Shown here: positions 39,104 to 51,700 of the stretch, piece after piece
How the letters are laid out: each line of letters starts with the position of its first letter
Position numbering within the stretch: position 1 is the first letter of the stretch
The notes under the pieces: generated by a model
What the model was told of the DNA's origin: nothing
The model's database searches: none
What the model saw: the letters and a program-made list of their open reading frames with translations, nothing else
Program-made: the position numbers and the translations under genes
Assembly (NCBI GenBank): GCA_051294375.1
Contig: CM119264.1
Coordinates: 28,999,930 to 29,063,929 of the forward strand
DNA: 64,000 bases
From: Paraspadella gotoi
Lineage: Eukaryota; Animalia; Chaetognatha
Reading direction: 5' to 3'

Positions 39104-41665
39104 ATAGCTTTTGTTCGTGTTGCAGCCAAAAATGTTCCCGGTTTTTCAACAAACGTGGTAAATATTCGAAGTGGAAAAACGTTTATTGGACAGAATTAGT
39201 CTGCATCACTTTGTCTTTAGTTTCTCTTAGTTCGAGGTTGCGAGAATTCAATTTATTGAGCCCAAAATTATAGACAAGAGTAACACGTTTCTAAAGAAAA
39301 CTATATTACTTTGAATTAAAATCGGTGAAGGAGAGTTTCGACGACGACGGCGACGACAACTTCTCTTCAGATGATTGACAGTCTTTTTTTTTATTATTTG
39401 AGAGAGAGAGAGAGAGAGAGAGAGGAGCAGAGAGAGAAGAGCAGAGAGATTGAGAGTAGAGAGATACGAGAGAGGAAGAGAGAGAGACGGCGACTGAAAG
39501 ACTCAGTGATTCCACAAAAGAAAATAAATAAAACCGACGCCGCTCTTTCGTCGTCCTCCGCCCCCCTCTCACTTCCGGCGTTCCCGGCGTTCCCGCCCCT
39601 TTGCCCCCCCGCACAGACCGGCGTCGTTTTGAAAACGGCGGCGTCGTTTCGCGCCGACGGAGCACAACAATTCGGCGCCGGAACGTTAGATGTCGCTTTT
39701 TCGCCAATTGCCCGCGCGAGAAACAAAAGGGAAAACAAAAGGCTCCCGAAGCGAAGTAAACAGTCGCAGGAATTAATGATATACAGGAAATGTGGTTTGT
39801 GGACAGTGTGGGTATGTGTGGGTGTGTGTGGGTATGTGTGGGTAGATGTTGGTATGTGGGGAGTTGTTGGATGTGTGGAAGGAATGTGGTGAGGAAGTGT
39901 AGAGTGGATTAACTGAATTGATTAAGTGTTTCACAAAATAAGCCGAATTTCGACGTGGACACGTGACTACTCAAGTGTGAAAAGTACGTATGCACGTAGT
40001 ACATAAACTTTTTAAACATTATAAAGTCTATACACATCACAAAATTATAAACTAAAAAAAATTAGTGTTATTCGTCGTTAGTCGTACGGACATACCGATT
40101 GATCGAAAACTGACGGACAGAGTTTGCTCCGCGAGTACTCGCGAGTACTCGCGGCGCAATTTAAAAAACAGGAGAGAATGAGAATTATTTATCCTTTAAT
40201 TAAAAAAAAAACAAACAAACAAAAAACCAAAAACCACGAATTTGAAAATAAAAAATAAAATTTGGCCAAATTAAATCGTCGTCATTTCGCTTCGCAGAAG
40301 AATTTTCTCAATTTCTATCGGATTTCTTTCCTTTTTTTTTTCTTCTTTTTTAATTTTTTTTCATTAATTTTTTCTCTCCCGATTGTTAAGAATTTAAAAA
40401 AAAATTATAGCGATATTTCAATGAATTTCGATATCATATGTGAAGTTAGACAAAAAAAAAACATACAAAAATATATTTATATATATACATATATTCGATT
40501 ATTTTTTTTAAGCAAAACTAAATCTCCTTATTTTCCTTAATCGCCCCAAATTATATTAAATTCGGAAATAAGTTAGTTTTAGGTTTAAAGAATAGGTAAG
40601 AGGTTAGGGTTTACCTAGTTGGTTAGGGATTAGGTTAAGGAATAGAGTTAGGAATTAGGATTAAGATTAGCATTTAAGGGTTAGGGTTAAGGATTAGGCG
40701 AGGTTAAGGATTAGAGTTAGGAATTAGGATTAAGAACAGCGTTTAAGGGTTGGGGTTAAGGATTAGGTGAGGTTAAGGATTAGAGTTAGGAATTAGGATT
40801 AAGATTAAGCATTTAAGGGTTAGGGTTAAGGATTAGGTGAGGTTAAGGATTAGAGTTAGGAATTAGGATTAAGATTAGCGTTTAAGGGTTGGGGTTAAGG
40901 ATTAGGCGAGGTTAAGGATTAGAGCTTTGGATTGGTTTCATTGGTTTAGAAATAGATTTGGGTAAAATATTAGGGTTAAAGTAGAGAACAGAATTTGGGC
41001 TTTTTTTGGAAAAGAGAGTCAAACGAAATAGTCATTGGATTTAGTTGTTGTTGTCGCATTTTCCGTCGTCCTCATCGTCGTCGTCAACATCGTCGTCGTC
41101 GTCGTCGTTTTCGTCGTCGTCATCATTGTTTTCGTCGACGTCGTCGTCATCATCGTTTTCATCGTCGTCGTCATCATCGTTTTCGTCGTCTTCGTCGTCG
41201 TCGTCATCGTCGTCAGCGTCCTAATCGTCGTCGTCATCATCGTTTACGTCGTCATCTGTTTCTACGATAAATTTAAAAAACAAAACAAAACAAAACAAAC
41301 GCATATTTTCGCAGGAAATATTAATTTGTTTAGAAAAGTCGCTCGTCAAATGAAATTGATTTATTTTTTCTTTTCCATCGATGAATGAATGAATGAATGA
41401 ACGAATGAATGAATGAATGAATGATCATCGATACGTTTATGAGTTATGGTTCGCGGATGATCTCATGAGGAAAAAAGCAGAGCGAAGTTTGACTCAACTC
41501 CCTTAGCTACTTAAGGGTCTTCGGCGCCAGGGAATCGTCGTTGTTGTTGTCGTTGTTGTTGTTGTTGTTTAGAGGCTGCTGTTGTGTTTTTTTTTGTTCG
41601 TTATTGTTTGCACGCTCTATGAAACAATAGAGTCAATTTTTATTTACGAAAACCTCTTTTCAACT

Positions 41666-41849
41666 TGTAGTCTTTCGTGACCCGGTGGCTCATTTATTAA
41701 TACCCTCAGCTCATGACCATCAGGTACTGGGATCGTTCCCCAATGTACCTAGTACCTAGTAGTAGTGAGGACGACCGTAAACCGCCTTGAGGGCGTGGAA
41801 AATCCTTCAAGTCTGGTTCCAAGCCCAGGACCCGTTCCTTGGCTGCGAG
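41666..41849 (+). mobile_element. Diverged, truncated family B LTR relic
   Basis: Starts TGTAGTC, then GTGACCCGGTGGCTCATT...GTGAGGACGACCGTAAACCGCCTTGAGGG...CTGGTTCCAAGCCCAGGACCCGTTCC. Confidence 0.8.
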
Positions 41850-42548
41850 ATAAAAGATCGAGAAAATAACCAGAAAACTTTGGCCGAACGCGTGAGGACA
41901 GATAACGTACGGTCAAAAATAAAAGTTCGGTTGAGACAAGAAAAAGACAAAATGGCTGAGGCGAGGCATAATATTTTACATGTACAGTTGATACCTAATC
42001 CTCAGCTAACATATACGAATAATGTTCGCCTAAAAGTGAACGAGCGAAACTTTTTCTTCGTTGTCACAAGTAAATTTTATCCAGCACAATTTTATCCAGC
42101 ACAATCCTTTTTGCCTCAAAAAAACAAAATAACAAACAGAAAAATAAAAACACGAAAAGAAAGAAAACTCTCCCTCCAAAATATAAAAGGAAAAAAAATG
42201 AAATAAAAATGAAATAAAAAGGAAAAAAAATGAAATAAAAAGAAAAAAAAATGAAATAAAAAGAGTTTCTAAAAAAAGTCTCTTCGTCAAGTTTGTGACG
42301 ATAAATTATTTTTTTTAAAGCTGCGTCCATTAAGACGAATTTCACGCCTTTCGATTTAAACGTGGACGAGCAGACAACAACAAAAAAGACGACGACGACG
42401 ACGACGATGACGACGAAGAGGACTTAGAGGAGAGAAAGATACACATTACACAGATAGANNNNNNNNNNACACATTACACAGATAGCGAGAGAGAGAGATA
42501 AGAAAATCTAGAAAGAAAAGAGAGAGAAACTGAGATACAGATAGACAG

Positions 42549-42582
<34 letters not shown>

Positions 42583-42769
42583 NNNNNNNNNNNNNNNNNN
42601 NNNNNNNATAAAGGAAACAAGAAAGAAAGAAAAAAGAGTGACTACATCAAAGGCCGACATCATTGACTACGACACACCCCGCCGCCCTCCGCCCCCCACG
42701 CCCCCACGCCCCCGGGGCTTCGAGACTTCCACTGTGAGAGTCAGAGGCGACGTCTTTCGCTAACGTCGG

Positions 42770-44935
42770 TCGTCGTCTCGTCGTCGTCGCGTCGTACGTT
42801 GTCTATCATTATCTCTCTCATCAATGTACAACGTAATTTTATTTGTATATCGTCCAAGGCATAAGAGAAGCAACTTGCCGATCATTGTGTGTGCATATAT
42901 CATAAATTATTCTTCATCGTCTTCGTCAATCGTCGTCATCGTTGTCTTTGTCGTCGTCGTCTCGTAAATCGATTTTCATCATCGTAACTTCGTCTCTATC
43001 ATCGTCGTCATCCTGTTGTCATCATTATCATTGTCGTCGTCATCATCATCGTCGTCATCATCGTCGTCCTCGTAATCGTCGTTCATCGATCGTAGTCAAT
43101 CATTCTTCATCATCGTAATCGTCGTCGTCGTCGTCATCATCGTCATCATCGTCGTCATCATCGTCGTCATCTCGTCGTCCTTCGTAATCTCGTCGTCGTC
43201 CGTCTGGTCTCGGATTCGTCAGTGATGATTCGATTTTTTTTTTCCCATTAACGATTGAAGCATTCACTTTTTTCTATCAGGCAGTTCGACGGCGGGGGGG
43301 TAGTGGTTAGCGCCGCTAGCCAGTAGGTGAAGACAGGTGCTAAGCAGTCCTAAGCGGACGGGTCTGTAGCATCGAAAGGCCCCGGATAGGCATGAGCCTC
43401 TCAGTCCATCCATTGCCAATAAGTTGTCCGTCTTCCCGATCATCGTCTTTCATTGTTTCTCAAATCCATCATTTTCTTTTCTTCTTTTATTTTTTCCAAA
43501 GACGCCTACTCCGCGCCAGCCCCGCTCCTCCCTCGCGGCAGCAGCGACCCCCCCCCGCGACTCTCTCCCAACACCCCCATCACCCCTCCCAGCCAACCCT
43601 CCGTTTCTGAACACCCCACTTGCGAAAAAAGCGACGCCATTCCTTTCGTTCCATCAACATTAAACGAAATTCGTAACAAAAAACTCGGAAAAAAAAAATC
43701 TGTAAGAAGCAATAGGGCATCGAGTCCGCTTTCGATCGGTAACCAAATAGTTGATGCGATGATAACCAAATATATGCTGACGCGATGAATAACCAATAAT
43801 TGATGCGGATGATAACAAAATGACTGTTTGATGATATATCAAGATGCATTTTTTTGCGATGATAGTCATTCATTGATATGATGATAATCATTCATTTTGA
43901 TTAGATGATAGTCATTCATTGATGCGATATTAGTAATTCACTGACGCCGATGAAATCTCCTCTCTTGTCGTCGTCGTCGTCGTCGTCGTCGTCGTTGTCA
44001 TCATTATCTCTCTCATCAATGTCATCGTAATTTTAATTTGTAAATATCGTCCAAGGCATAAGGAGCAACTTTGCCATCATTGTGGTCATAATCATAATAT
44101 TCTTCATCGTCTTCGTCATCGTCGTCATCGTTGTCTTTGTCGTCGTCGTCATCGTAATCGTTTTCATCATCGTTAACTTCGTCATCTTCATCGTCGTCAT
44201 CCTTGTTGTCATCATTATCATTGTCGTCGTCATCATCATCGTCGTCATCATCGTCGTCCTCGTAATCGTCGTTCGTCCGTCATCTTCGTCAGTGATGATT
44301 CGATTTTTTTTCCCATTAACGATGAAGCATCACTTTTTCTATCAGCGTCGACGGGGGGGGGAGGTAGCAGGCGTAGCAGTAGGGTAGACAGGCTAAGCAG
44401 CCAGGCGGACGGGTGTAGATCGGAAAGGCCCGATAGGATGCTCCATCCATCCATCCATCAGTATGTCCGTCTCCCATCATCGTCTTCATGTTTCTCAATC
44501 ATCATTTTCTTTTCTCTTTTTTTTTTCCAAAGACGCTACTCGCCGCCCCGCTCCTCCCTCGCGGCAGAGCGACCCCCCCCGGACCTCTCCACACCAGCCT
44601 CCCACCACCCTCCTTCGAACACCCCACTTGCGAAAAGCGACGCCATTCCTTTCGTTCATCAACATTAACGAAATTCGTAACAAAAACTCGAAAAAAAAAT
44701 CTTAAAAGCAATAGGGATCGAGCCGCTTTCGATGGTAACCAAATATTGATGCGATGATAACCAAATATTGACGCGATGATAACCAATAATTGATGCGATG
44801 ATAACAAAATGACTGTGATGATAATCAAATGATTTTTTGCGATGATAGTCATTCATTGATATGATGATAATCATTCATTGATACGATGATAGTCATTCAT
44901 TGATGCGATATTAGTAATTCACTGACGCGATGAAT
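42770..44935 (+). repeat. About 1.1-kb tandem duplication (noisy copy then clean copy)
   Basis: 42770-43950 parallels 43960-44935 with insertion-rich differences and lies close to a 25-N gap. Confidence 0.75.
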
Positions 44936-45059
44936 CATTCATCGTAAATAAAACAAACAAATGCGTGTATGAGTGAAAGAGAGAGAGAGAGAGAGAGAGA
45001 GGCTGGACAGTTTTCCCGCCAACGAAACGCATTATTAGGTCTCTCTCGTTTATATAAAG

Positions 45060-45172
45060 AATAATCAGAATTTTTAGGAAAAACATCCACGAAAATCTCG
45101 GATGTAAATTTGGGATTTTGTATTGAGAAAAAAGCGCGGAATAAATGGCGATAATAAAAGTTTTTAGAAGGA

Positions 45173-45238
<66 letters not shown>

Positions 45239-46555
45239 AGAGAGAGAGAGAAGAGAGAAAGAGAGAGAGAGGAAAAAGAAGCCATATAAGAAATTTTTTT
45301 GTACATTGAAAAATTATAATCCTATTAACAAAATATATAGTTGAAAACTACTCAGTTAACGACTATGATATTTTTGACTTCCAAATAATAATAATAATAT
45401 CGCGTTATCGCGTGTATTAGGTCATGTTCCTTGACATTGTTTACTCGTTTCTTCGCAACGGCCACGAAAACCAGGTAAAGAGAAAAAGCGCGGAATAAAT
45501 GGTGATAATAAAAGTTTTTAGAAGGAAAAAAAATAATCAGAGAGAGACAGAGGAGAGAGACAATCAAAAGAAAAACCGTATTTCTTTTCCAATTATATCG
45601 GTTATCCGTTGCCTCGCAACGGCGGGCGTGATCTCGGTCAAGTTTGATCTATTATAACACGTAACGGTAAGTAAAGTATTCTCTCACATTTTCTCAAAAA
45701 AATCCAACGAAAATCTCAGATATAAAGCTGGGATTTTGTATTGAAAAAAAAAAGCGGCGGAATAAATGGCGATAATAAAAGTTTTTAGAAGGAAAAAAAT
45801 AATCAGAATTTTACAAAAAAACGAACGATCACGGCAAGAGATCGTAAAGAGAGAAAGAGACAGAAAGAGAGAGAGAGAGCAGAGAGAGAGAGAGAGAGAG
45901 CGAGAAGAGAGAGGGAGAGAGAGGAGAAAAAGCTGAACAGACGCTGCATAGGCGGAACTCTTTACTCGTCGCCAAATTAAATATAGTTTTACTATATACT
46001 AATTTGATATTGCAGTAAGTACTATATCTAATTAGCATATTGCAGTAAATTATAATGAAGTGGAAATTCAAACAAAAAATACTGAATCGATATGAAACAA
46101 AAAATGGACACAGCATTTCAAATTCATCACTGCCTCACTAATGGAACTTGATAACTAGATACATTGTTTGGTAGTTAAACCATAAACCGGCAAATATAGG
46201 CAGTAAAAAAATGATCGGCATATAGCATACAATCCGGCATATTCAAATTGTGAAAAAATTTAAGGTTTTTCGCTCAACAACATTGGACAGAGTATGAAAA
46301 GATTTCCTCTGGCAATGTAAATCTGTATTAAATATGCTATTTGCTTATTATATATTTTTTTCTTTAATAACAATCATGTTAGAGACGGAGAGAAATGGAG
46401 AGAAGCGTAAAATTTCTGCATATGAGTTATTCTTCACTTTTTCTAAAATAAATCCACGAAAATCTCGGATGTAAATTTGGGATAATGGTGATAAAAAAAG
46501 TTTTTAGAAAGAAAAAAATAATCAGAATTTTTCAAAAAACGAACGATCACGCAAA
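45060..46555 (+). repeat. Four dispersed local copies of a block of about 60-120 bp
   Basis: AAATCTCGGATGTAAATTTGGGA../GCGGAATAAATGGCGATAATAAAAGTTTTTAGAAGG at about 45090, 45485, 45710 and 46460. Confidence 0.7.
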
Positions 46556-46575
46556 AAATCGTACACACAGAGAAC

Positions 46576-46610
<35 letters not shown>

Positions 46611-47348
46611 GAGAGGCAGGACAGAGAGAAACAAAGCTGGACAGCTGCTGGAAGGGCGCTGTACAGTCATTGGGCAGAACAAAGAAAATATATATATGTT
46701 AATTTAAAGAAATAAAAGAAAGGCAAAAATATGTTACACATTGTTTACAATTGGAAATTTTTTCCAATTTTTTCCAATCGCAGCTTGTAAAAGATTTTAT
46801 TTTTATTTGTTATTAAAATTAAGATATAGCTTCTCATTAAAAAGATATTTTGAGTTCCCATTTTTATTATATTTTTAAAAAAAATTTTTGAATTTCATCT
46901 TCAATATTATATACTGCAATATGTAAATTAGATTAAAGCATTTCTATATACTAATTTGGATGTTATAATGAGTACTTTAATCTCATTTGCATATTGCAGT
47001 AAATCATAATGAAGTGGAAATTCAAACAAAAAATACTTAAATCCAAATGTAATATGAAATATCACAGCTATTTCAAGATGAAAAGCCATATCTAAATTTT
47101 TAACTTACTATGATCGCACACTTTTGTAAACTTTATCATAATTTCATAATAATTTTTATTTAAAAAAAACGGTAAGTTACAGCCAAACCTATAAAAGCGT
47201 AGTAGTTTTTATATAAAAACAGCGTGACGCCGACGAACGACGACGACGACGTCACAAAGAAGCAAACCTAAAACATTATGAGCCTGAACCGGCTTCGCCG
47301 GTCATGGCTCGATAAAAAAATCTTACGATTCTCTGCCGACGGGATGAT

Positions 47349-47520
47349 ATACAGGGTGTTCCGAATGAAGTCCGGCTCTATTATATGTAGGAACCAATTT
47401 GAAGTTGAACCAAAACTTTATCAATTATGACGCCGTTTATGGGGCTTCGACGACCCTCTCCGACGCCTCTCCTTCATCGACGACGCCTCTAAAAAGTTGG
47501 CGAAGCTGGCCGTCAACCTC
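47349..47520 (-). mobile_element. Possible Tc1/mariner (maT-like) end remnant
   Basis: TA|CAGGGTGTTCC resembles a TIR start. The minus strand has a decayed ..VVEA..NG..stop resembling the mariner C-terminus. No partner TIR was found. Confidence 0.3.
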
Positions 47521-47834
47521 ACGATCCGTTTAACGCCCCACGGACAATTCGCCAGGTATACACCGGCTGATTTGATAAAAATGAAAATTGTTCGCGAACG
47601 GGATCGGGAAGTTCAAAAGTAATTAAATAATATTAAACCAGTGGCTACGCCAATACATGTAAATCACTTTCAAGGGCTTAAAGTGAACTGTTATTTACAA
47701 TATTTGAACCGTTTTGAGAAATATTAAAGCTCCATTGTGCGCTGCCGCCAATCGGGAACCCAGATCACATTGCGACCAAGCAAGGTTCGCGGCCATTCGT
47801 CAAAACTCAGCTCATCCTACGAAATCCGCGCTCT

Positions 47835-48245
47835 GACCAAGGATCAGCCGATATCTGGTGATCCCTTTCCAAGCATCGGCTGATATCCGGCACTTACTCT
47901 CCAATCATCCGCCGATATCCGACATTCCCTTTCCAAGCATCGGCCGATATCCGGCGGTCCCTGCCCAAGCAACGGCCAATATCCCACCCTCCCTTTTTAA
48001 GCATTGGCTGATATTTGGCGGTCGCTTTCTAAGCTGCACCCGATATCCTCAATCTTTCGCCAATATCCAACATTTCCAAGCAACGGCTGATAATCCGCCT
48101 TCTCTCTCCAAGCATCGGCCGATATCTGCTGGTCCCTGCCCAAGCATCCGACAATATCTCGCCCTCCCTCCCCAAGCAACGGTCGATATCCGACACACCC
48201 TTTCCAAGCATCGGCCGACACCCGCGGCGCTCCTTGCCCAAGAAT
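47835..48245. repeat. Degenerate tandem repeat of about 30 bp (CCAAGCATCGGCCGATATCC..)
   Basis: About 12 recurrences of CCAAGCA(T/A)CGG..GATATC. Confidence 0.8.
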
Positions 48246-48379
48246 CGTCGGAGACCGGTGGCGCTCCCTTGCCCACCATTTCGAGCTTCGGCGCCATCAT
48301 CGTCCCTTTTGAATTCTTATCAAAACAAGACGATCGAAATGCGACATAGTATAGCAGAGAGAGAGAGAGAAGAGAGAGA

Positions 48380-48410
<31 letters not shown>

Positions 48411-48752
48411 AGGAGAGGAAGAGAGAGAGAGAGAAAGACGAAAGAGAGAGAGAAACACACCAGGGCGAATGGAAAGGAGAGCACTGGCAACGACTTAAAA
48501 GTTGTTGTTTATGCCATTTTCTTTGGCCTTTCGGTCATCTTCGTCATCTTCATCGTCGCCGTCTTTGTTGCTATCGTAGAATCTTCGTCGTTGTCGTCGT
48601 CGTCGTCGTCTTTGTATTCGTTGTTGCAGTCGTCATCATTGTCGACGCCATCGTCATCTTTCCATTTGTCATTGGCATCGTCGTCGTCGTCGTCGTCATC
48701 GTCCTTTTTCAATATGTCCTGGCTCTCGTCTCTAACTTTGTTGTTTGCGTCT

Positions 48753-48786
<34 letters not shown>

Positions 48787-51700
48787 CGTCGTTTTGAAGG
48801 AACTCGCCAAAAGGAGTCGAGAAGCGGAGATTTTATCGACGTCGTCACGCGAAAAAAAAAAGAGCAACGGGAAAAGATTATGAGCGGTTGTGAACTGTGG
48901 AAGTGGGAGTGATGTGCGAAGGAGGCGGTGGTGATAAAGTGGTGAAAAGGTAAAAGGTTTGAATTACGTTGTGGTGTTGATTAAATACGGTAAAAAACTG
49001 TGAAAGTTGGAATGATGAAAGAGTGAAAAGAAAGAAAGAGTGAAAGTGATGATTAATAGCGACAGGAGAGTAAAAACGCCAAAAAGAAAAGTGCGATGTG
49101 AATCACCACTGATGATTGTGTGAATGTTGTTGTTCGGCGTCGGCGAGTCAAGGAAAAAAGGTCAACGAAGGTAAACAAATTCGTTTGACTGTGAGAATAA
49201 AATTATACGACTTTGGCTCACATAGCGAAGAAGAGGCGTGGCATAGGTGAGGTAAATAAGCTTAGGTTAAGGCTAAAGTTTAGGCTAAGGCCAAGGCTAA
49301 GGCTTAGGCTAAATCTAAGTTGGAGGCCAAAGCGAAGGCTAAGGCCAAAGCTAAGGTTAAGGCCAAAGCTAAGGCTAAGGCTAAGGCCAAAGCTAAGGCT
49401 GAGGGAGAGCGAGAGCGAGAGCGAGAGGGCTTCGGAGAATTCAAGCTTCTTCGTCGAGAGGAAAAGCGACAGAGAATAATCGTTAAAAATGGAAGGAGTT
49501 TTTATGGAGACTCGTGGGATGGGAAAAAAGGNNNNNNNNNNNNNNNNNNNNNNNNNNNNNNNNNNNNNNNNNNNNNNNNNNNNNNNNNNNNNNNNNNNNN
49601 NNNNNNNNNNNNNNNNNNNNNNNNNNNNNNNNNNNNNNNNNNNNNNNNNNNNNNNNNNNNNNNNNNNNNNNNNNNNNNNNNNNNNNNNNNNNNNNNNNNN
49701 NNNNNNNNNNNNNNNNNNNNNNNNNNNNNNNNNNNNNNNNNNNNNNNNNNNNNNNNNNNNNNNNNNNNNNNNNNNNNNNNNNNNNNNNNNNNNNNNNNNN
49801 NNNNNNNNNNNNNNNNNNNNNNNNNNNNNNNNNNNNNNNNNNNNNNNNNNNNNNNNNNNNNNNNNNNNNNNNNNNNNNNNNNNNNNNNNNNNNNNNNNNN
49901 NNNNNNNNNNNNNNNNNNNNNNNNNNNNNNNNNNNNNNNNNNNNNNNNNNNNNNNNNNNNNNNNNNNNNNNNNNNNNNNNNNNNNNNNNNNNNNNNNNNN
50001 NNNNNNNNNNNNNNNNNNNNNNNNNNNNNNNNNNNNNNNNNNNNNNNNNNNNNNNNNNNNNNNNNNNNNNNNNNNNNNNGAGAGAGAGAGAGAGAAAATA
50101 ATAAAAATTTTTTCGACTTTCATGTCGAAGCTTGAATTTAATATTTTTTTTTAAATAGATGAGAATCAGGAGAATCCATTAGCAAGCGCGGAATTTTATG
50201 AATAATGTATATCAAAGGAAATAAAAAAAATAGTGATAGATAAGAAATGTAGCATGAACGACCCATAAATTATGAACAGTTATTAGAAGTGTTTCGTGTG
50301 ATGTGTGAGAACTAAGTAAAAAAGTAAATATTGCAACATTAAAAACATAATTCGTAAAAAATAAACTAAAAATGTTCCTTAACAAAGGTTTTAAAATGAT
50401 CGTTTTTAAACTTACATTTTTTGAGACACTTTTCATGGCCTACTGGGTACCAAACTAAACAAGATTTGAACGGAATCTACGCCAATGAATAAGGAATGAA
50501 ATCNNNNNNNNNNNNNNNNNNNNNNNNNNNNNNNNNNNNNNNNNNNNNNNNNNNNNNNNNNNNNNNNNNNNNNNNNNNNNNNNNNNNNNNNNNNNNNNNN
50601 NNNNNNNNNNNNNNNNNNNNNNNNNNNNNNNNNNNNNNNNNNNNNNNNNNNNNNNNNNNNNNNNGGGAAGAAAACTTTTTGGTAGAAATATGAAAGAAAG
50701 AGAAAAAAGAAAATAGGATCTGAGAGAAAAGAAAGAAGGAGAATAAAGCCTTTCTAACGTTTTTTTCTTTTTCTTACAAAATTATTTTAAAATTTTTTTT
50801 GGTCGTTTTTCACGAAAGCAAAACTTTATTCACTTCCAAAATTATCCTTTTTTTATATTTATTTTTTTAATAAGCTTACTTTTTATAATGATATGTTTAA
50901 AAAAGACAATAGATTGACAGACGGACCGACCAATCAAGTCTCCCGCAAAAGTCCAACTTTTGAGTTTTTCCAATCGTCATCCCGTCGCGTTTCTCTCTTT
51001 CGATCCCGACGGGGAAAAAAAAACCCACTCGACGTCGTTTAGCGCCGCTTCCGCCCCCCCTTTAGTGCCGAAGCGCGCCGGAGGGCGCCGCCATTTCGGC
51101 CGCAGCCCGCTCCGTCCGCCCCGTTAGCGTCGCCATATCGATCGCCGCGCCCTCAAGCGGAGAAAAGGCTCGTAAAATTCTTTTCATGCTTCGAANNNNN
51201 NNNNNNNNNNNNNNNNNNNNNNNNNNNNNNNNNNNNNNNNNNNNNNNNNNNNNNNNNNNNNNNNNNNNNNNNNNNNNNNNNNNNNNNNNNNNNNNNNNNN
51301 NNNNNNNNNNNNNNNNNNNNNNNNNNNNNNNNNNNNNNNNNNNNNNNNNNNNNNNNNNNNNNNNNNNNNNNNNNNNNNNNTAATACGATTGAGAAAAATA
51401 ATCATTTAGCAAATTTATTAAATTCACATCAATTTTAGCTTCTTGTGTTTTCCTCGGTGTTTTCTAGTAATATGCGCAAAATATATATACATATATATAT
51501 ATTAATATGCGTAGCGGTAATTAATTTAAATATACATACAGGTCAAGGGATTTTCTCCCATTAATATTTATTTCTGTGCAAATTTTTGATTTCCTTCTAA
51601 ATTTTGCTCTTATCCATATATAATAATTATATATATATCCTCTTAAATAACAAGCTGCAATTTAGTTTATAATTTTCTTTATTTTCCAATTGATTCAATT

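Larger units (their letters stand above)
27686..39790 (+). repeat. About 12-kb tandem duplicate of 14000-27660 (likely gap-filling artefact)
   Basis: Collinear with 14000-27660, and both copies end ATACAGGAAA. They are separated by exactly 25 N and differ mostly by single-base indels. Confidence 0.85.

Noticed and set aside
40575-40925. True telomere
   Set aside because: Internal, degenerate array of mixed hexamers.
48480-48830. Asp-rich ORF (similar at 56480-57000)
   Set aside because: Degenerate (GAC)n repeat with no start or splice support.
51030-51180. CpG-rich promoter-like patch with GCCGCCATTT
   Set aside because: It abuts a gap and no linked gene can be identified.
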